Shown here piece after piece: positions 17,301 through 28,451 of a stretch of 64,000 nucleotides of DNA. A model generated the notes under the pieces. It was not told the origin of the DNA. It saw nothing but the letters and a program-made list of their open reading frames with translations, and made no database searches. This stretch comes from Piromyces finnis finn (Eukaryota; Fungi; Neocallimastigomycota), in the NCBI GenBank assembly GCA_002104945.1, contig MCFH01000021.1, positions 558,001-622,000 of the forward strand, given 5' to 3'. The position numbers and the translations under genes were made by a program. Each line of letters starts with the position of its first letter. Within the stretch, counting starts at the first letter, position 1.

Positions 17301-19194
17301 GAAGAATTATTTAGTCTTCAAAAATTGTAAGTATTTTGTTTTAATCTATGTTTATACCACTAACTCTCTATTCCTCTACAATCAGAATGATGTAGATGAA
17401 ATAGATGCATTATAAAAATCAATTATATATAGATGTAGTCTTTTATACATAATTTAAAATGAAAAAATTCCTATACACCCATCCTTTTTTTTTTTTTATT
17501 TTTTATTTCTATACGGAAAAAATTTTAATATTCTTTCTTTATTATAAATAGGAATTTATACTGTAAAAACCTTGATCGTCTTCCAAAAAGAATATTCTCA
17601 TTAGAAAATCTTAATGAATTGTAAATAACAAAAATAGATCTAAAAATTATTATAAAATCAAAAAAAAAAAAAAATAATAATAATAACAATAATAAATATA
17701 AATTTTTTTTTATTGACAATAACATTACTTTAGATGGTTAGGTCGTAACAATTTAAATAATATAAATGATAAAATTGGAGATCTTAAAAACCTTAAAAGA
17801 TTAAGTGTAGCAGATAATAATTTAAGTCAATTACCAATAGGTATTAAGAACTTAAAGAATCTTACACATTTATACCTTTACAAAAATAAATTGAGAGAAC
17901 TTCCACCAGAAATTGGAGAACTTGAAAATTTAATCCATTTAGATGTTGAAAGTAATAAGTTAATTAAACTTCCAGAAGAACTCAAGAAATTAACTAAATT
18001 AGAAAATTTGGATATTGAAAATAATCAATTTTCTGAATTCCCAAAAATTATATTTGAATTAAAGAATTTAATTAAATTGTAAGTATATTAAAGAAGTTAA
18101 TTAAAATTCTATTTGTTTTTTTTTTTGTTTTTTTTTTTATCATTCTTTAAAAGTAAATTATATATATACATATTTATTATTGTTTCAAAAATAATAATCG
18201 TAAATTTATATTTTTTTACAATAGAAATTTAAGTAATAACAAATTCTTCTTTATCCCAAGGGAATTAGAAAACTTGGTTCATTTAAAACAACTGTAAGTA
18301 AAATAAAAAAAAAAAAAAAAGCGAGAAAGAGATAAACATAACCTATATACTTTTTAAAATGCTTATTTATATAATTAAAAAAAAAACTAAAATATTATCT
18401 TCTTTCAAATAGCAATTTAAGGAATAATTACCTTCGTTCCTTCCCATACAGTATTCTTAAATTCACAAATTTAGAAGAATTGTAAGTCAATAGTTTTCAT
18501 AAATAACTAAATATATTTAAAAATTTTATTTGAAAATATTCTCTAATATTAATATTAATCAATAACCCCATTTATTATATTACTGGATATACAGAGATTT
18601 ATCTAATAATTTATTCAAGGATATACCATCAGAAATAAGATATTTAAATAAACTTAAGAATTTGTATGTTATATATATTTACCCTATAGTTGTATATATT
18701 ATTAGTATGGAAAAAGTAAGAATTATAAATTAACAGAAATATAAATTATATAATTATTTTTATTTCTAGAAATCTCGCCAATGTTAGAATTGATGAAATT
18801 GTTCCAGAATTTAGATATCTTAAGGATTTAAAAACACTGTAAGTTTATGAAACATCAATTTTAGTTTAATAATAAATTATTCTCTCTTTCTAATGCTAAC
18901 AACCTTTTTAAATTTTAATTTAAAAAAAAAATAGTAATTTATCTAATTGTAATATTAAAATCTTGCCAAATTGCCTTAAGGAATTACAAAATTTGGAAGA
19001 AATGTAAGTATAAATGATATAATATTCTATAAATATATACCAAGAATTTTATTTGAAATTAATTTATTCATTATAATTATTTTATATAATGACACACTCT
19101 ATCATAGTTACTTGGTTAATAATGATGCAATAGTTGTCCTTCCCGAATACTTTAAAAATTTTAAAAATTTAAAAAGATTATTTTTGTAAGTTTT

Positions 19195-19226
<32 letters not shown>

Positions 19227-19385
19227 TATATTAAATACTTTTATTTTCTATTTTAACATAAATGTAAATTTTTATATAAATTTAGGAATAGAAATGCAGT
19301 ATATAAAAATGGTATGGAATACCCAAGATATCAAGGAACAGTTTACAATGAATTATTAAAGAAAAATATTATTAGAACTGAATAA
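14310..19385 (+). CDS. ~1270-aa protein: disordered K/N/E-rich N-terminus + coiled coil + about 12 C-terminal leucine-rich repeats, 11 exons
   Basis: Exons 14310-15819, 15961-17326, 17552-17620, 17734-18078, 18225-18293, 18413-18481, 18595-18663, 18770-18838, 18935-19003, 19108-19185 and 19286-19385 total 3813 nt in frame, all GT-AG. LxxLxLxxNxLxxLP repeats such as LTHLYLYKNKLRELPPEIGELENL. Confidence 0.8.
16632..16857 (+). repeat. 87-nt (29-aa) intragenic tandem repeat, ~2.6 copies
   Basis: Units start at 16632, 16719 and 16806: IMEINVDRLAKQDEIEKINDEIQKMKNNK / IMNTNPDHLVKQSEIEKINNEIRKIKNIK / IMNTNPDHLVKQNEIET. Confidence 0.9.
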
Positions 19386-21249
19386 TGTAATAAGTAACCT
19401 TATAGTGGAAATGTGCTTATTTTATATTTAAGCATCATTTATGCATATTTCAGTATAAAGGAAAAAAAAAAATTTTTTTATGCAAACTATATATCTATTA
19501 TCATAAATATCGCAATTACCATTTTAAACACCCCCCCAAAAAAATGGTATATTTTTAATTATTAACATTAATTCAATATAAAAGTATTATTTAACTATTA
19601 TTGTTTTCTAATACTTTTTATATATTTTATATATAATTCAATATTTATAGTTTAAAATGAAAAAAAAAAGAGAAGAAAAATGGTTTATATTGATAATAAT
19701 TATTTTATTTTATTATTTTTTTTCTTCCTATGTTTATTTAATTTTATATTTAATTTTTCATAATTTTTCATAAGAAAAGTAATTTTGGTAATTTTTATAA
19801 GTTTATTTATCATTCTTTTTATTATATAAAAAAAAATGAATAAATAAAATAAAATGTTTTTTTATTATTATTATTATTATTATTTCTATTTTTTGTCTCT
19901 TTTTAATTAATAATTATATAAAAAAATAAAAAAAAAAAAGTTAATATAAACTATTGTTTCATTCTCATCAAAACAAATTTTCTCTTAAAAAAAAAAAAAA
20001 AAAGAAATTTAAACTATAAATTATATATATATATATATATATATGTAGGATTACATAAAGTTTTATAGTTTTACAATATATGTATAGATATATATATATT
20101 ATAAACTTTTATAATTTTATTTTCAATTTCTTTTTCTTTTTTTTTTTTTTTATATAATACCTTCTTTTTTCTTTTTTAATAACTTTACATTTTTCTTTTT
20201 AAATAAAATAATTAATAAAGTATTTTATTTAGAAATTTTATAAATGATATTTTCAAGTCACTATTAGGAAAAAGTTTCACTTTACCGAGTCACTATCAGG
20301 TTTTTTCTTATGAATGTTGCTATTTTATATAAAAGGCAAAGTCCAACAAAATTTGTCAAAGTATGTCAGACAGAAATTTTATGAAGTTTTTTTTTTTATT
20401 ATTGTATTATAATTAGATAATTTTATATTTTAAAGTAGCTCATAAAACATATATATTGCATATCATATACAATATATCACAATTCAATTAAATCTTAGGT
20501 ATTATTGTTTTCAAATTCATTCAATTCTTGAAAAGATAGATAATATTATGTCTAATCTATTATTTTCATAAACTTTATAAAGTTTATAAATGAATTATAT
20601 TTTATTCTAAAATAAAATTATAAACTATTTTTGTTGTTGTTATTATTATTACATATTATTACATATACATATGAAGGTATAACCCACCATCTTCAACGTT
20701 TTTTTAAAGTGAATCTTTATTAAAAAAGTCATTTATAATCAAATTAATTCTATATATGAATACAACTACCTTTTTCTTTTTTTTTAAAAAAAAAAAAAAG
20801 TCAAAATAATTTTAAAACAATCCAATTTTTAACACCATTAAATAAGCATTTCAAGTTATAAAATTAAAAATTGTAGACTATATTATTTATAAGCAAAACA
20901 AAATAAAACAAAAAATATGTATGAAATGAAAACAACTTATCCTTTATATGAAAAATAAAATAAAATATAATTTATTTTAAATTTGTAATCACTTTTATTC
21001 TTCTATTTTAAAGATAGTTTACTTTTTTTTTTTTTTTATTTTATTTTACATTTAAAAAAAAAATAGACTGTTATTTTTAATTAAATAACACTTTATTATA
21101 ATTCTTTAAATATGATGTTCGTTTATATTCAATATTTAATATTATAATGTTTGTATGTAAAGTGTGAGTAAAAATTAACAATAATGTATTATAAATATTT
21201 ATTTTTTTTTTTTCATGAATTAAAATTTCGATTATAATTATGTTGCTGT

Positions 21250-21771
21250 TTAAAATAATTTTTTAAAGAAAGACTTCTTTTTCTTTTTCAAACTATCTGA
21301 TAACCAGGTTAATTGTTTTTTATTTATCGCACCTCTTCTATTCTTTCTTATAAATTCAACTGCATCTAGTGAATCTATTCCATAATCAATTAGTGTAATA
21401 GCTACCATAACTGGTGCTCTACCAATTCCTGAAACACAATGTACTGCAATTGCTGGGGTTTGTTCTTTACCTGTTTCTTTTATTGTTTTATCTATAATTT
21501 CACGCCATAATTTTACTTGTTTACTATCAGGTGTTGTACCATCTTCAAATTTTATATCATCAATTACTTGTATTCCTTCTTTTTCAAAAGAAGTTGCATT
21601 ATAAAATCTAGTTTCACAAATTCTTATCACTTTATTAACATTATTATCTTTTAAAATATTAATATATTCATCAATATTTTCATCTGATGGACAATCTAAT
21701 ATTACTAAATTAATCGGTACTTTCTTATGTGAAATTACAGAGTATTTATGTGAGTAAGCTGAATGTTCCAT
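21250..21771 (-). CDS. PTP4A: PRL/PTP4A-family protein tyrosine phosphatase, intronless
   Basis: P-loop HCVSGIGRAPV, the VIRICE motif, FEDG loop, and EFIRKNRRGAINKKQL match the PRL family; 173 aa. Confidence 0.88.
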   Translation of the reverse strand: MEHSAYSHKYSVISHKKVPINLVILDCPSDENIDEYINILKDNNVNKVIRICETRFYNATSFEKEGIQVIDDIKFEDGTTPDSKQVKLWREIIDKTIKETGKEQTPAIAVHCVSGIGRAPVMVAITLIDYGIDSLDAVEFIRKNRRGAINKKQLTWLSDSLKKKKKSFFKKLF

Positions 21772-21883
21772 TATAAATATATTATTTTTTTTATAAAAAA
21801 AATTAAATGAAAAGAAATAACTTTTTTTTTTTTTTTTTTCTGAATTTATTGAACTTGTTAAAAATAAAGTAATAATAAAATAG

Positions 21884-21923
<40 letters not shown>

Positions 21924-22182
21924 AATTTTTATTTTTCTTTTAATACTAATAATTAATTTTTATTATATTTTTAGTTATATATATATACATGTATATATTA
22001 AAATAACACTTTTTTTCAATTATAAATATAAATAGATTCTAAAGTTATAATTTCTTTCAATCTAAATTTTGATATGGGTAAATAGAAGTAGTCTTTTAAT
22101 ATTTTGATAATTCTATATTTTTAATTTTACATAAAATTATGTTATATACATAGATTATATATGAATCATATGACGATATATT

Positions 22183-22752
22183 TGATATAAGTTTCTTTTA
22201 TGTTGTAGTAATTTAATATTAGTTTATTTATAATTTATTATATTAGGTGAAAAATATTTTATTACTATTAACTTCTCTCTTATTAATAATTTCACTTATA
22301 ATATTTTCTTATTAATTATTAAAGCTCTTCCCTTTCTAATTATTAATTATTTTTACATGAATATTTTTATATTATAAAATTCCTATAATTGAATATCAAT
22401 TATATAATGTAATGTATTCATAATATATGAATAATAATTAAATAGGATATAATATTATATATTTTACATTTTATATGAAATATTACTATATAAGGAAAGG
22501 TAATGTAATACAAATAAGTATTACAATAAAATTAATACTAATATATAATATTAATATTTAAGAATATAATGAAATATGTACATGAATTCTATAACTAATA
22601 TATAAATAATGTATTATAATATATATCAATTATTATATTATTATTATGAAATATTATATATAAATTTCTAAAGATGAAATTGAATATTTTAAATAATAAA
22701 AATTATTTTAAATATTGGCTAATATGTAGCTAGACATATTAATTTCATATCA
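22183..22752 (-). repeat. 3' LTR (570 bp)
   Basis: Direct repeat of 29291-29866. Differences seen: one 5-nt indel, one 1-nt indel, two substitutions. Confidence 0.95.
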
Positions 22753-22756
22753 GAAA

Positions 22757-22766
22757 CTTCCCTGCT
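22757..22766 (-). other. Putative polypurine tract (weak)
   Basis: The minus strand reads AGCAGGGAAG-TTTC-TGATAT, a short purine-rich run 4 nt before the 3' LTR. Confidence 0.5.
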
Positions 22767-23097
22767 AGAATTGAGCTATAATTATTAATTATTTGATATA
22801 ATTAAAATAATTATATGCGAAATAATTTAATAAAATTTATATTGAAATATTTTTATAATTATATAAAAAAAAATTAAAAATTTTTATAAAAATTTTTATA
22901 TTTAAAAATTTTTTTTTTTTTTTTTTTTTGTTTTGTTTATATATATATGTATATATCTTTCTATTATTATTAATAATTAATATAATTATTAATCTACTAA
23001 GTTATCAATCTTCCTCTTACTTATTATTATAATTATATACTTATATAGTTAGTATATATATATTTTAATACATTTATAATTTTATTTCATTTTATTT

Positions 23098-26000
23098 CTA
23101 CTCCCTGAATGGTAATATATTTTTAAAATGGACATTTCTTTCTAAATATTGTCCCGTCAGTTCATCTTGTAATTTAGCTGTGTTCCAAGATATTTCTCTA
23201 ATAATAAAAGGACCAATAAAATAGGGTTCTAACTTGTTTCTTTGTTGGTTCCTAATCTTTACCTTATCCCCTATTTTGTAGTTATTTTTATTGTTCATAC
23301 TTTGTTGAGCTAATCTTCTACTTTTCCAATAATTTATCGTCCCTAGCATTTTACTGGCAGCTTGTTTTACCCATTTGGCGTGGTCTATAAATCTTTCCAT
23401 TAATAATTCTTCTATTGATCTTTCTTCTATACTTAATATTGAATTTCTTATATTTATATCAATTGGAATATTTTCTGATCTTCCATACAAGAGTTCAAAA
23501 CTTGAATAACCAGTAGAAACAGATTTACAAGTTCGAATAGCCCATAATGCAATTGGTAACAATACATCCCAGTTTTCATTGTTATCAGAGAAATTTCTTA
23601 ATTGCTTACCAATTTCTCTGTTTCTGTTTTCCACCAGTCCATTAGATTCCGGATGGTATGTACTAATGAAATGAATGTATACATCATAAAGATCTACAAA
23701 TATTTTTGTGTACTCTGAAACAAATTGTACACCATTATCTGTTATTATTAATTGTGGAGTTCCATGCCTACTAAATACTTCAACTAAGAAATTAGTTACG
23801 TCTTGAGAAGTAGTAGTTCTAACTGGTTTTGCTTCCACCCATTTTGTAAAGTAATCCACACATACCATTATATATTTATTCCCAAGTGTGGTTTCTCTTA
23901 ATGGACCTATAATATCAAGACCAAGTCTAACAAAGGGTGCTTCTACAGGAGTTCTAAACTTTTCTGTCGGCTTTGGTAATGGCTCAGATTTATTTAACTG
24001 ACATATTTTACATAAGGAGACATATTTTTTTACATCAATGATTAAATTTTTCCAATAAAATTTGTTTTTGATTCTTTCATAAGTTTTCTGTACTCCTTCA
24101 TGTCCAATTCTATGCTCTTTTGCAATTATTTTAATTTTAGTGTAAGGGTCATCAATAATCTCCCTAAAATTATTATTATCCTTGAAATATAATTTATTGT
24201 CAATAGTGACAATTTTATCATTTAAAAATTTTTTCATAAAATCGGAAACAAATTTTTCGTTCTCCTCCTCGGTAAAATTGGAACTATTGGTTTTGTTGGA
24301 AATATCGATATTTTTGATATTATTATTATTATTATCATTATTATTATTATTATTATTAATTTCCAAATTATCCAAATTATTAGCAATAAACTTATTAATG
24401 TTACTATTATTCTCATCTTTATTATTATTGTCATTACCATCAGAAATAGTAGTGTTAACAATTAAATTCTCTTTCAAAGTTATTCTGGATAAAGCATCAG
24501 CAATTTTATTAGCTTTTCCTGGTTGATAAATAATATTAACTTTTAATTGACTAAATTTATCACACCAGCGTTGATGTTTCTTTGTATTCGGTTCTCCTTT
24601 CTTAATGATGGGAACTAAAGGTTCATGATCAGTATAAAGAATGGTTTGAAATGGATTCCCTAGAATATATGGTTCAAATTGTAAAAGACAATAATAAGCA
24701 GCAGTACCTTCTAATTCAGTAGTGGTATAATTTTCTTTCGTTTTCTTAATACTTCTACTAACAAAATAAACTGGGTGTTCAATATTGTCATCATATAACT
24801 GTAGTAAAACACCACCAATTCCATATCCACAAGCATCAGATCTAATTATAAAAGGAACATCAAATTTAGGAAAACAAAGAATTGGTGCATTAACTAGGCA
24901 ATATATCAGATTTCTGAAACTTTGTTCTTGAATTTCTGTCCATTCATATTTAATTTTTTTCTTTAATAGTTTGCAAAGAGGAGCTGCAATAGCAGAATAA
25001 TTTTCAATAAAATTTCTGTAATAACTAGTCATACCTAAAAATGAACGTAGTTCAGAAATATCTCGTGGTGGGTTCATTTCTTTAATAGATGCGACTTTCT
25101 TTTCCAAAGGAAGTAAACCATCAATAGTAACCCGATGACCTAAAGCCTCTATTTCAAGTTGACAAAAGGAACATTTCTCAATATTTAACTTTAATTTGTT
25201 ATTACGTAAAATAGTAAAAACTTTTCTTAAGTCATTAATATGATCTTCAAAACTGGGAGAATAAATAATAATATCATCTAAATATATTTGAACACATTCA
25301 TTAATTAAATCGAAAAAGATACGATTCATTTCGCGCTGAAAAGTGGCAGGAGCATTAGTTAATCCAAAAGGCATAACTTTAAAATAATAGTTACCAAATT
25401 TAGTGGTAAAAGAAGTTTTATCCATATCTTCTTTGAACATAGGAATTTGATGATATCCACTAAATAAATCGATTGTTGAAAAGATTTTTGAGTCTTTAAG
25501 TGAGTCAAAAATTTCTTTGATTTTAGGTAGGGCGTATGCATCTTTAACAGTTACATTATTTAATTTTCTAAAATCAATGCAAAGGCGCCATTTTCCATTT
25601 TTCTTCTTAACCATAACCACTGGAGAAGCCCACGGAGAATGAGACGGTTCAATTAGACCTTTATTAATTAGTTTTTCTAATTCTTCTTTTAAACCTGATA
25701 ATTGAACTTGTGAAATATTATAAGCTTTTTGTTTAATAGGGCGCACATTATCCTCCAAAATAATGTGGTGTGGTAACAAATTTGATGGTTCCAAATCATC
25801 AGAAGATACAGCAATAACATCATTAAAATTTTTAAGAAGAGAATTAAATAAATTTTTATCAACATCGTTATCAACTTTGATATTAGAAATTATATTATTA
25901 ATAATATCCATTTTATTATTATTATTATTTTCTATTTTGTTAGATCTATTTTCTTCAACTACAGCTAAAATAGTACTAGCGGTTATATCTTCATAATCAA

Positions 26001-27561
26001 AATAAATATCTTCTACATCATTGGAATAGCAAGAAAGAGCTTGGGATTGAAATATAGAAATATCTTCAACATCAACAATAGGAATAAATTTATTATCAGA
26101 AGATTTCAAAATTAATGTTTTATCAACTGTATCAATCATAATGCGATTTTCATTTTGTGTTTTAAATCCAATAATAGCATCATAAAATGAATCGTTTTTA
26201 TCTGATATTCTAAATATAGAATCAAATTCAATTTTGCCTATTTTTACATGAAGTTTCACTAGATCATATACTCTAGCAACATCATCAACCATTGCTTGTC
26301 TTATTCTTCCTCTAATTTGTCCTACAATTTCAAAATCTTTAATTTTATTATCTAAAAAGGAGCGCGTAATTAAATTTGTATTACTACATGCATCAATAAA
26401 TATAGCTGCTGAATGGGAATTGATTGTACCATGAACAACTGCAACATCATGATCGTTTACTTTGGTTCTTCCATCGATATTAATGAAATTATTATTTAAT
26501 TTATACAAATTATTATTATTTTCATCAACTTCAGTGGTACTAATAGTAATATTATCCAACTTTAAATTCTTTAATCCCTTAATTAATTCAGCTTTGGACG
26601 TTTTACTAACACCTAAAAGTTGTCCAAAAGTAATATTAGCTGGAGTATTTAATAAATCGGTACATATATTATATTCTTCTGAATCTTTTAGCATTTGGAT
26701 TGAAGTTTTTGTTTTTATACTATTAGAATTATCACTAGGTAATATATTTTCCAAAGTGGATTCTTCATTTATACGCGTGTTTTTACGCGTTTTCTTTACC
26801 TTATTAGCTTCTTTCATATCTATATCGGTATTTAAACTAGTAGTCTTATTTTTCTTTGATTTATCTTCATTTTCTAATTTAAAATTTACTTTCCTGGTTT
26901 TATTATTCTTATCAATTGAATTATCATTAATATTATTATTCAATTTTATATTATTATTTATATCTTTTTCATTATTATTATTATCCGAAGTGTTATCTTT
27001 AATATTGCTATAATTATTTTTATTATTGATATTGATATTGTTATTAATATTATTATTATCATTATTATTTAAATTATTATTGTTAAAATTATTACTAGAA
27101 TTATTAGTATTATTATTGGTATTAAAATTATTATTATAGATATCATCAAAATTATTACTAATATTATTGTTAAAATTATTTTCATTTGTAATATTGCTAT
27201 TCATATTATTAAAATTGTTATTATTCATATTATTATTTAAATTAGTTTTATTCATATTATTAATGTTATTATTAGTGTTAATATTAGTATTAATATTTTT
27301 AAAATTATTCTTTTCTCTTTCTGTATTAGGAATTCTGGAATATGGATTTTTAGCTTTTAATTTCTCATCTCGATGTCTTTTAGCTGCAGCAACAATAGCT
27401 TCATAATTAGGTGAATAAGTAGTTGCTGTAACATCGGGATTCATTGTATTATTATTATTATAGTAATAGTTATTATTAGTGTTGGCAGTTTGATTAACGG
27501 AAGTTTGCCCTCTTCCATAACCTAGTTTTTTGTATAATATGTAGAGTTCATGTGTGGGCAA
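23098..27561 (-). CDS. pol: Ty3/gypsy Pol (protease, RT, RNase H, integrase), probably expressed as Gag-Pol by -1 frameshift at ~27525
   Basis: Uninterrupted 1487-aa ORF. RT: DLFSGYHQIPM, YLDDII. RNase H: SDACGYGIGGVLLQ, TDHEPL. Integrase: HHCC, LDIIGP, TDNG, SNGLVE, GPF. No chromodomain. Confidence 0.95.
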   Translation of the reverse strand: MPTHELYILYKKLGYGRGQTSVNQTANTNNNYYYNNNNTMNPDVTATTYSPNYEAIVAAAKRHRDEKLKAKNPYSRIPNTEREKNNFKNINTNINTNNNINNMNKTNLNNNMNNNNFNNMNSNITNENNFNNNISNNFDDIYNNNFNTNNNTNNSSNNFNNNNLNNNDNNNINNNININNKNNYSNIKDNTSDNNNNEKDINNNIKLNNNINDNSIDKNNKTRKVNFKLENEDKSKKNKTTSLNTDIDMKEANKVKKTRKNTRINEESTLENILPSDNSNSIKTKTSIQMLKDSEEYNICTDLLNTPANITFGQLLGVSKTSKAELIKGLKNLKLDNITISTTEVDENNNNLYKLNNNFINIDGRTKVNDHDVAVVHGTINSHSAAIFIDACSNTNLITRSFLDNKIKDFEIVGQIRGRIRQAMVDDVARVYDLVKLHVKIGKIEFDSIFRISDKNDSFYDAIIGFKTQNENRIMIDTVDKTLILKSSDNKFIPIVDVEDISIFQSQALSCYSNDVEDIYFDYEDITASTILAVVEENRSNKIENNNNNKMDIINNIISNIKVDNDVDKNLFNSLLKNFNDVIAVSSDDLEPSNLLPHHIILEDNVRPIKQKAYNISQVQLSGLKEELEKLINKGLIEPSHSPWASPVVMVKKKNGKWRLCIDFRKLNNVTVKDAYALPKIKEIFDSLKDSKIFSTIDLFSGYHQIPMFKEDMDKTSFTTKFGNYYFKVMPFGLTNAPATFQREMNRIFFDLINECVQIYLDDIIIYSPSFEDHINDLRKVFTILRNNKLKLNIEKCSFCQLEIEALGHRVTIDGLLPLEKKVASIKEMNPPRDISELRSFLGMTSYYRNFIENYSAIAAPLCKLLKKKIKYEWTEIQEQSFRNLIYCLVNAPILCFPKFDVPFIIRSDACGYGIGGVLLQLYDDNIEHPVYFVSRSIKKTKENYTTTELEGTAAYYCLLQFEPYILGNPFQTILYTDHEPLVPIIKKGEPNTKKHQRWCDKFSQLKVNIIYQPGKANKIADALSRITLKENLIVNTTISDGNDNNNKDENNSNINKFIANNLDNLEINNNNNNNDNNNNNIKNIDISNKTNSSNFTEEENEKFVSDFMKKFLNDKIVTIDNKLYFKDNNNFREIIDDPYTKIKIIAKEHRIGHEGVQKTYERIKNKFYWKNLIIDVKKYVSLCKICQLNKSEPLPKPTEKFRTPVEAPFVRLGLDIIGPLRETTLGNKYIMVCVDYFTKWVEAKPVRTTTSQDVTNFLVEVFSRHGTPQLIITDNGVQFVSEYTKIFVDLYDVYIHFISTYHPESNGLVENRNREIGKQLRNFSDNNENWDVLLPIALWAIRTCKSVSTGYSSFELLYGRSENIPIDINIRNSILSIEERSIEELLMERFIDHAKWVKQAASKMLGTINYWKSRRLAQQSMNNKNNYKIGDKVKIRNQQRNKLEPYFIGPFIIREISWNTAKLQDELTGQYLERNVHFKNILPFRE
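27483..27531 (-). promoter_or_regulatory. -1 ribosomal frameshift signal (A AAA AAC + stem-loop/pseudoknot)
   Basis: Heptamer 27531-27525 directly precedes the gag TAG, and pol is in the -1 frame. Downstream GGAAG/CTTCC stem; loop GGCA can pair with TGCC. Confidence 0.75.
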
Positions 27562-28451
27562 AATCTGGCAATATGACCTGGTTCATGGCAGAAATAACAG
27601 GTCTTTATGTGTAAGTTCTGCATTCCGTTAATCAAATCATTCATTTCATCATTTTGATTATTAATGCTAGTAGTTAATCTTGTATTATTATTAGAATTTG
27701 ATATATTAGAATATTGTGTACTAGCACCATTATTCATACTATTATAGCTTTTACTATAATTAACATTATTACCATTATTATTACTATTATTATTAACATT
27801 ATTATTTACTTTAATATTATGTGGAGGATTGTAATTATTGTAATTATTCGAATATCTAGGCCTACTATAAGTATAATTCGAATTATTATAATTGTTATTA
27901 TTAGTACGACGGTAGTTCATAGACGAAGTACTAGCTCTAAGATTTGGACCATTATGAATTTCATAATATCTTTCAGCAATCCCCATAGCATCTTCAATTG
28001 ATTTTGGATCTGCGAATGCAACCTTTTCATAAACATCATCTTGTGCAACTAGAGCGAATTCATAGTCATACACAGAAATCTTGTCTTTGAATTCATCTGG
28101 CAGATCATCATAAAGCTTCATAAACTTTTTATCAAATTCTAATACATTTTCATTAACTTCAATTTTTAACATTTTTAATTTCCTAAATTTGGCAGCTTTA
28201 TCATTGTTTGAATGATATTTCTTCATAAGTATTACTTTACATTCATTAAGAGATAAGTCTCTATTTACTTTTCTCCTATGTTCCAGAATCGCTTTGGTAG
28301 CTTCTTCACGCGTACTAGCCAAAATATAACGGTAGATATCTTCATTAGCTACCTTTTCTATAGCTAACCAATTTTCTAAAAGATCCACCCAGGTATCTAC
28401 ATCTTGGTTAGTTCCTCCAATTGTTGGAAGTGGAATTTTAAATTCACCCAT
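27522..28451 (-). CDS. gag: Gag with C-terminal CCHC zinc knuckle
   Basis: 309-aa ORF upstream of pol with CYFCHEPGHIARFC. Confidence 0.93.
   Translation of the reverse strand: MGEFKIPLPTIGGTNQDVDTWVDLLENWLAIEKVANEDIYRYILASTREEATKAILEHRRKVNRDLSLNECKVILMKKYHSNNDKAAKFRKLKMLKIEVNENVLEFDKKFMKLYDDLPDEFKDKISVYDYEFALVAQDDVYEKVAFADPKSIEDAMGIAERYYEIHNGPNLRASTSSMNYRRTNNNNYNNSNYTYSRPRYSNNYNNYNPPHNIKVNNNVNNNSNNNGNNVNYSKSYNSMNNGASTQYSNISNSNNNTRLTTSINNQNDEMNDLINGMQNLHIKTCYFCHEPGHIARFCPHMNSTYYTKN

Noticed and set aside
24182-28001. Plus-strand ORFs 24182-24526, 25763-25996, 26462-27013, 27167-27406 and 27714-28001
   Set aside because: Antisense shadows of Asn/Lys-rich gag-pol codons (Leu/Ile/Phe-rich), with no independent domain.
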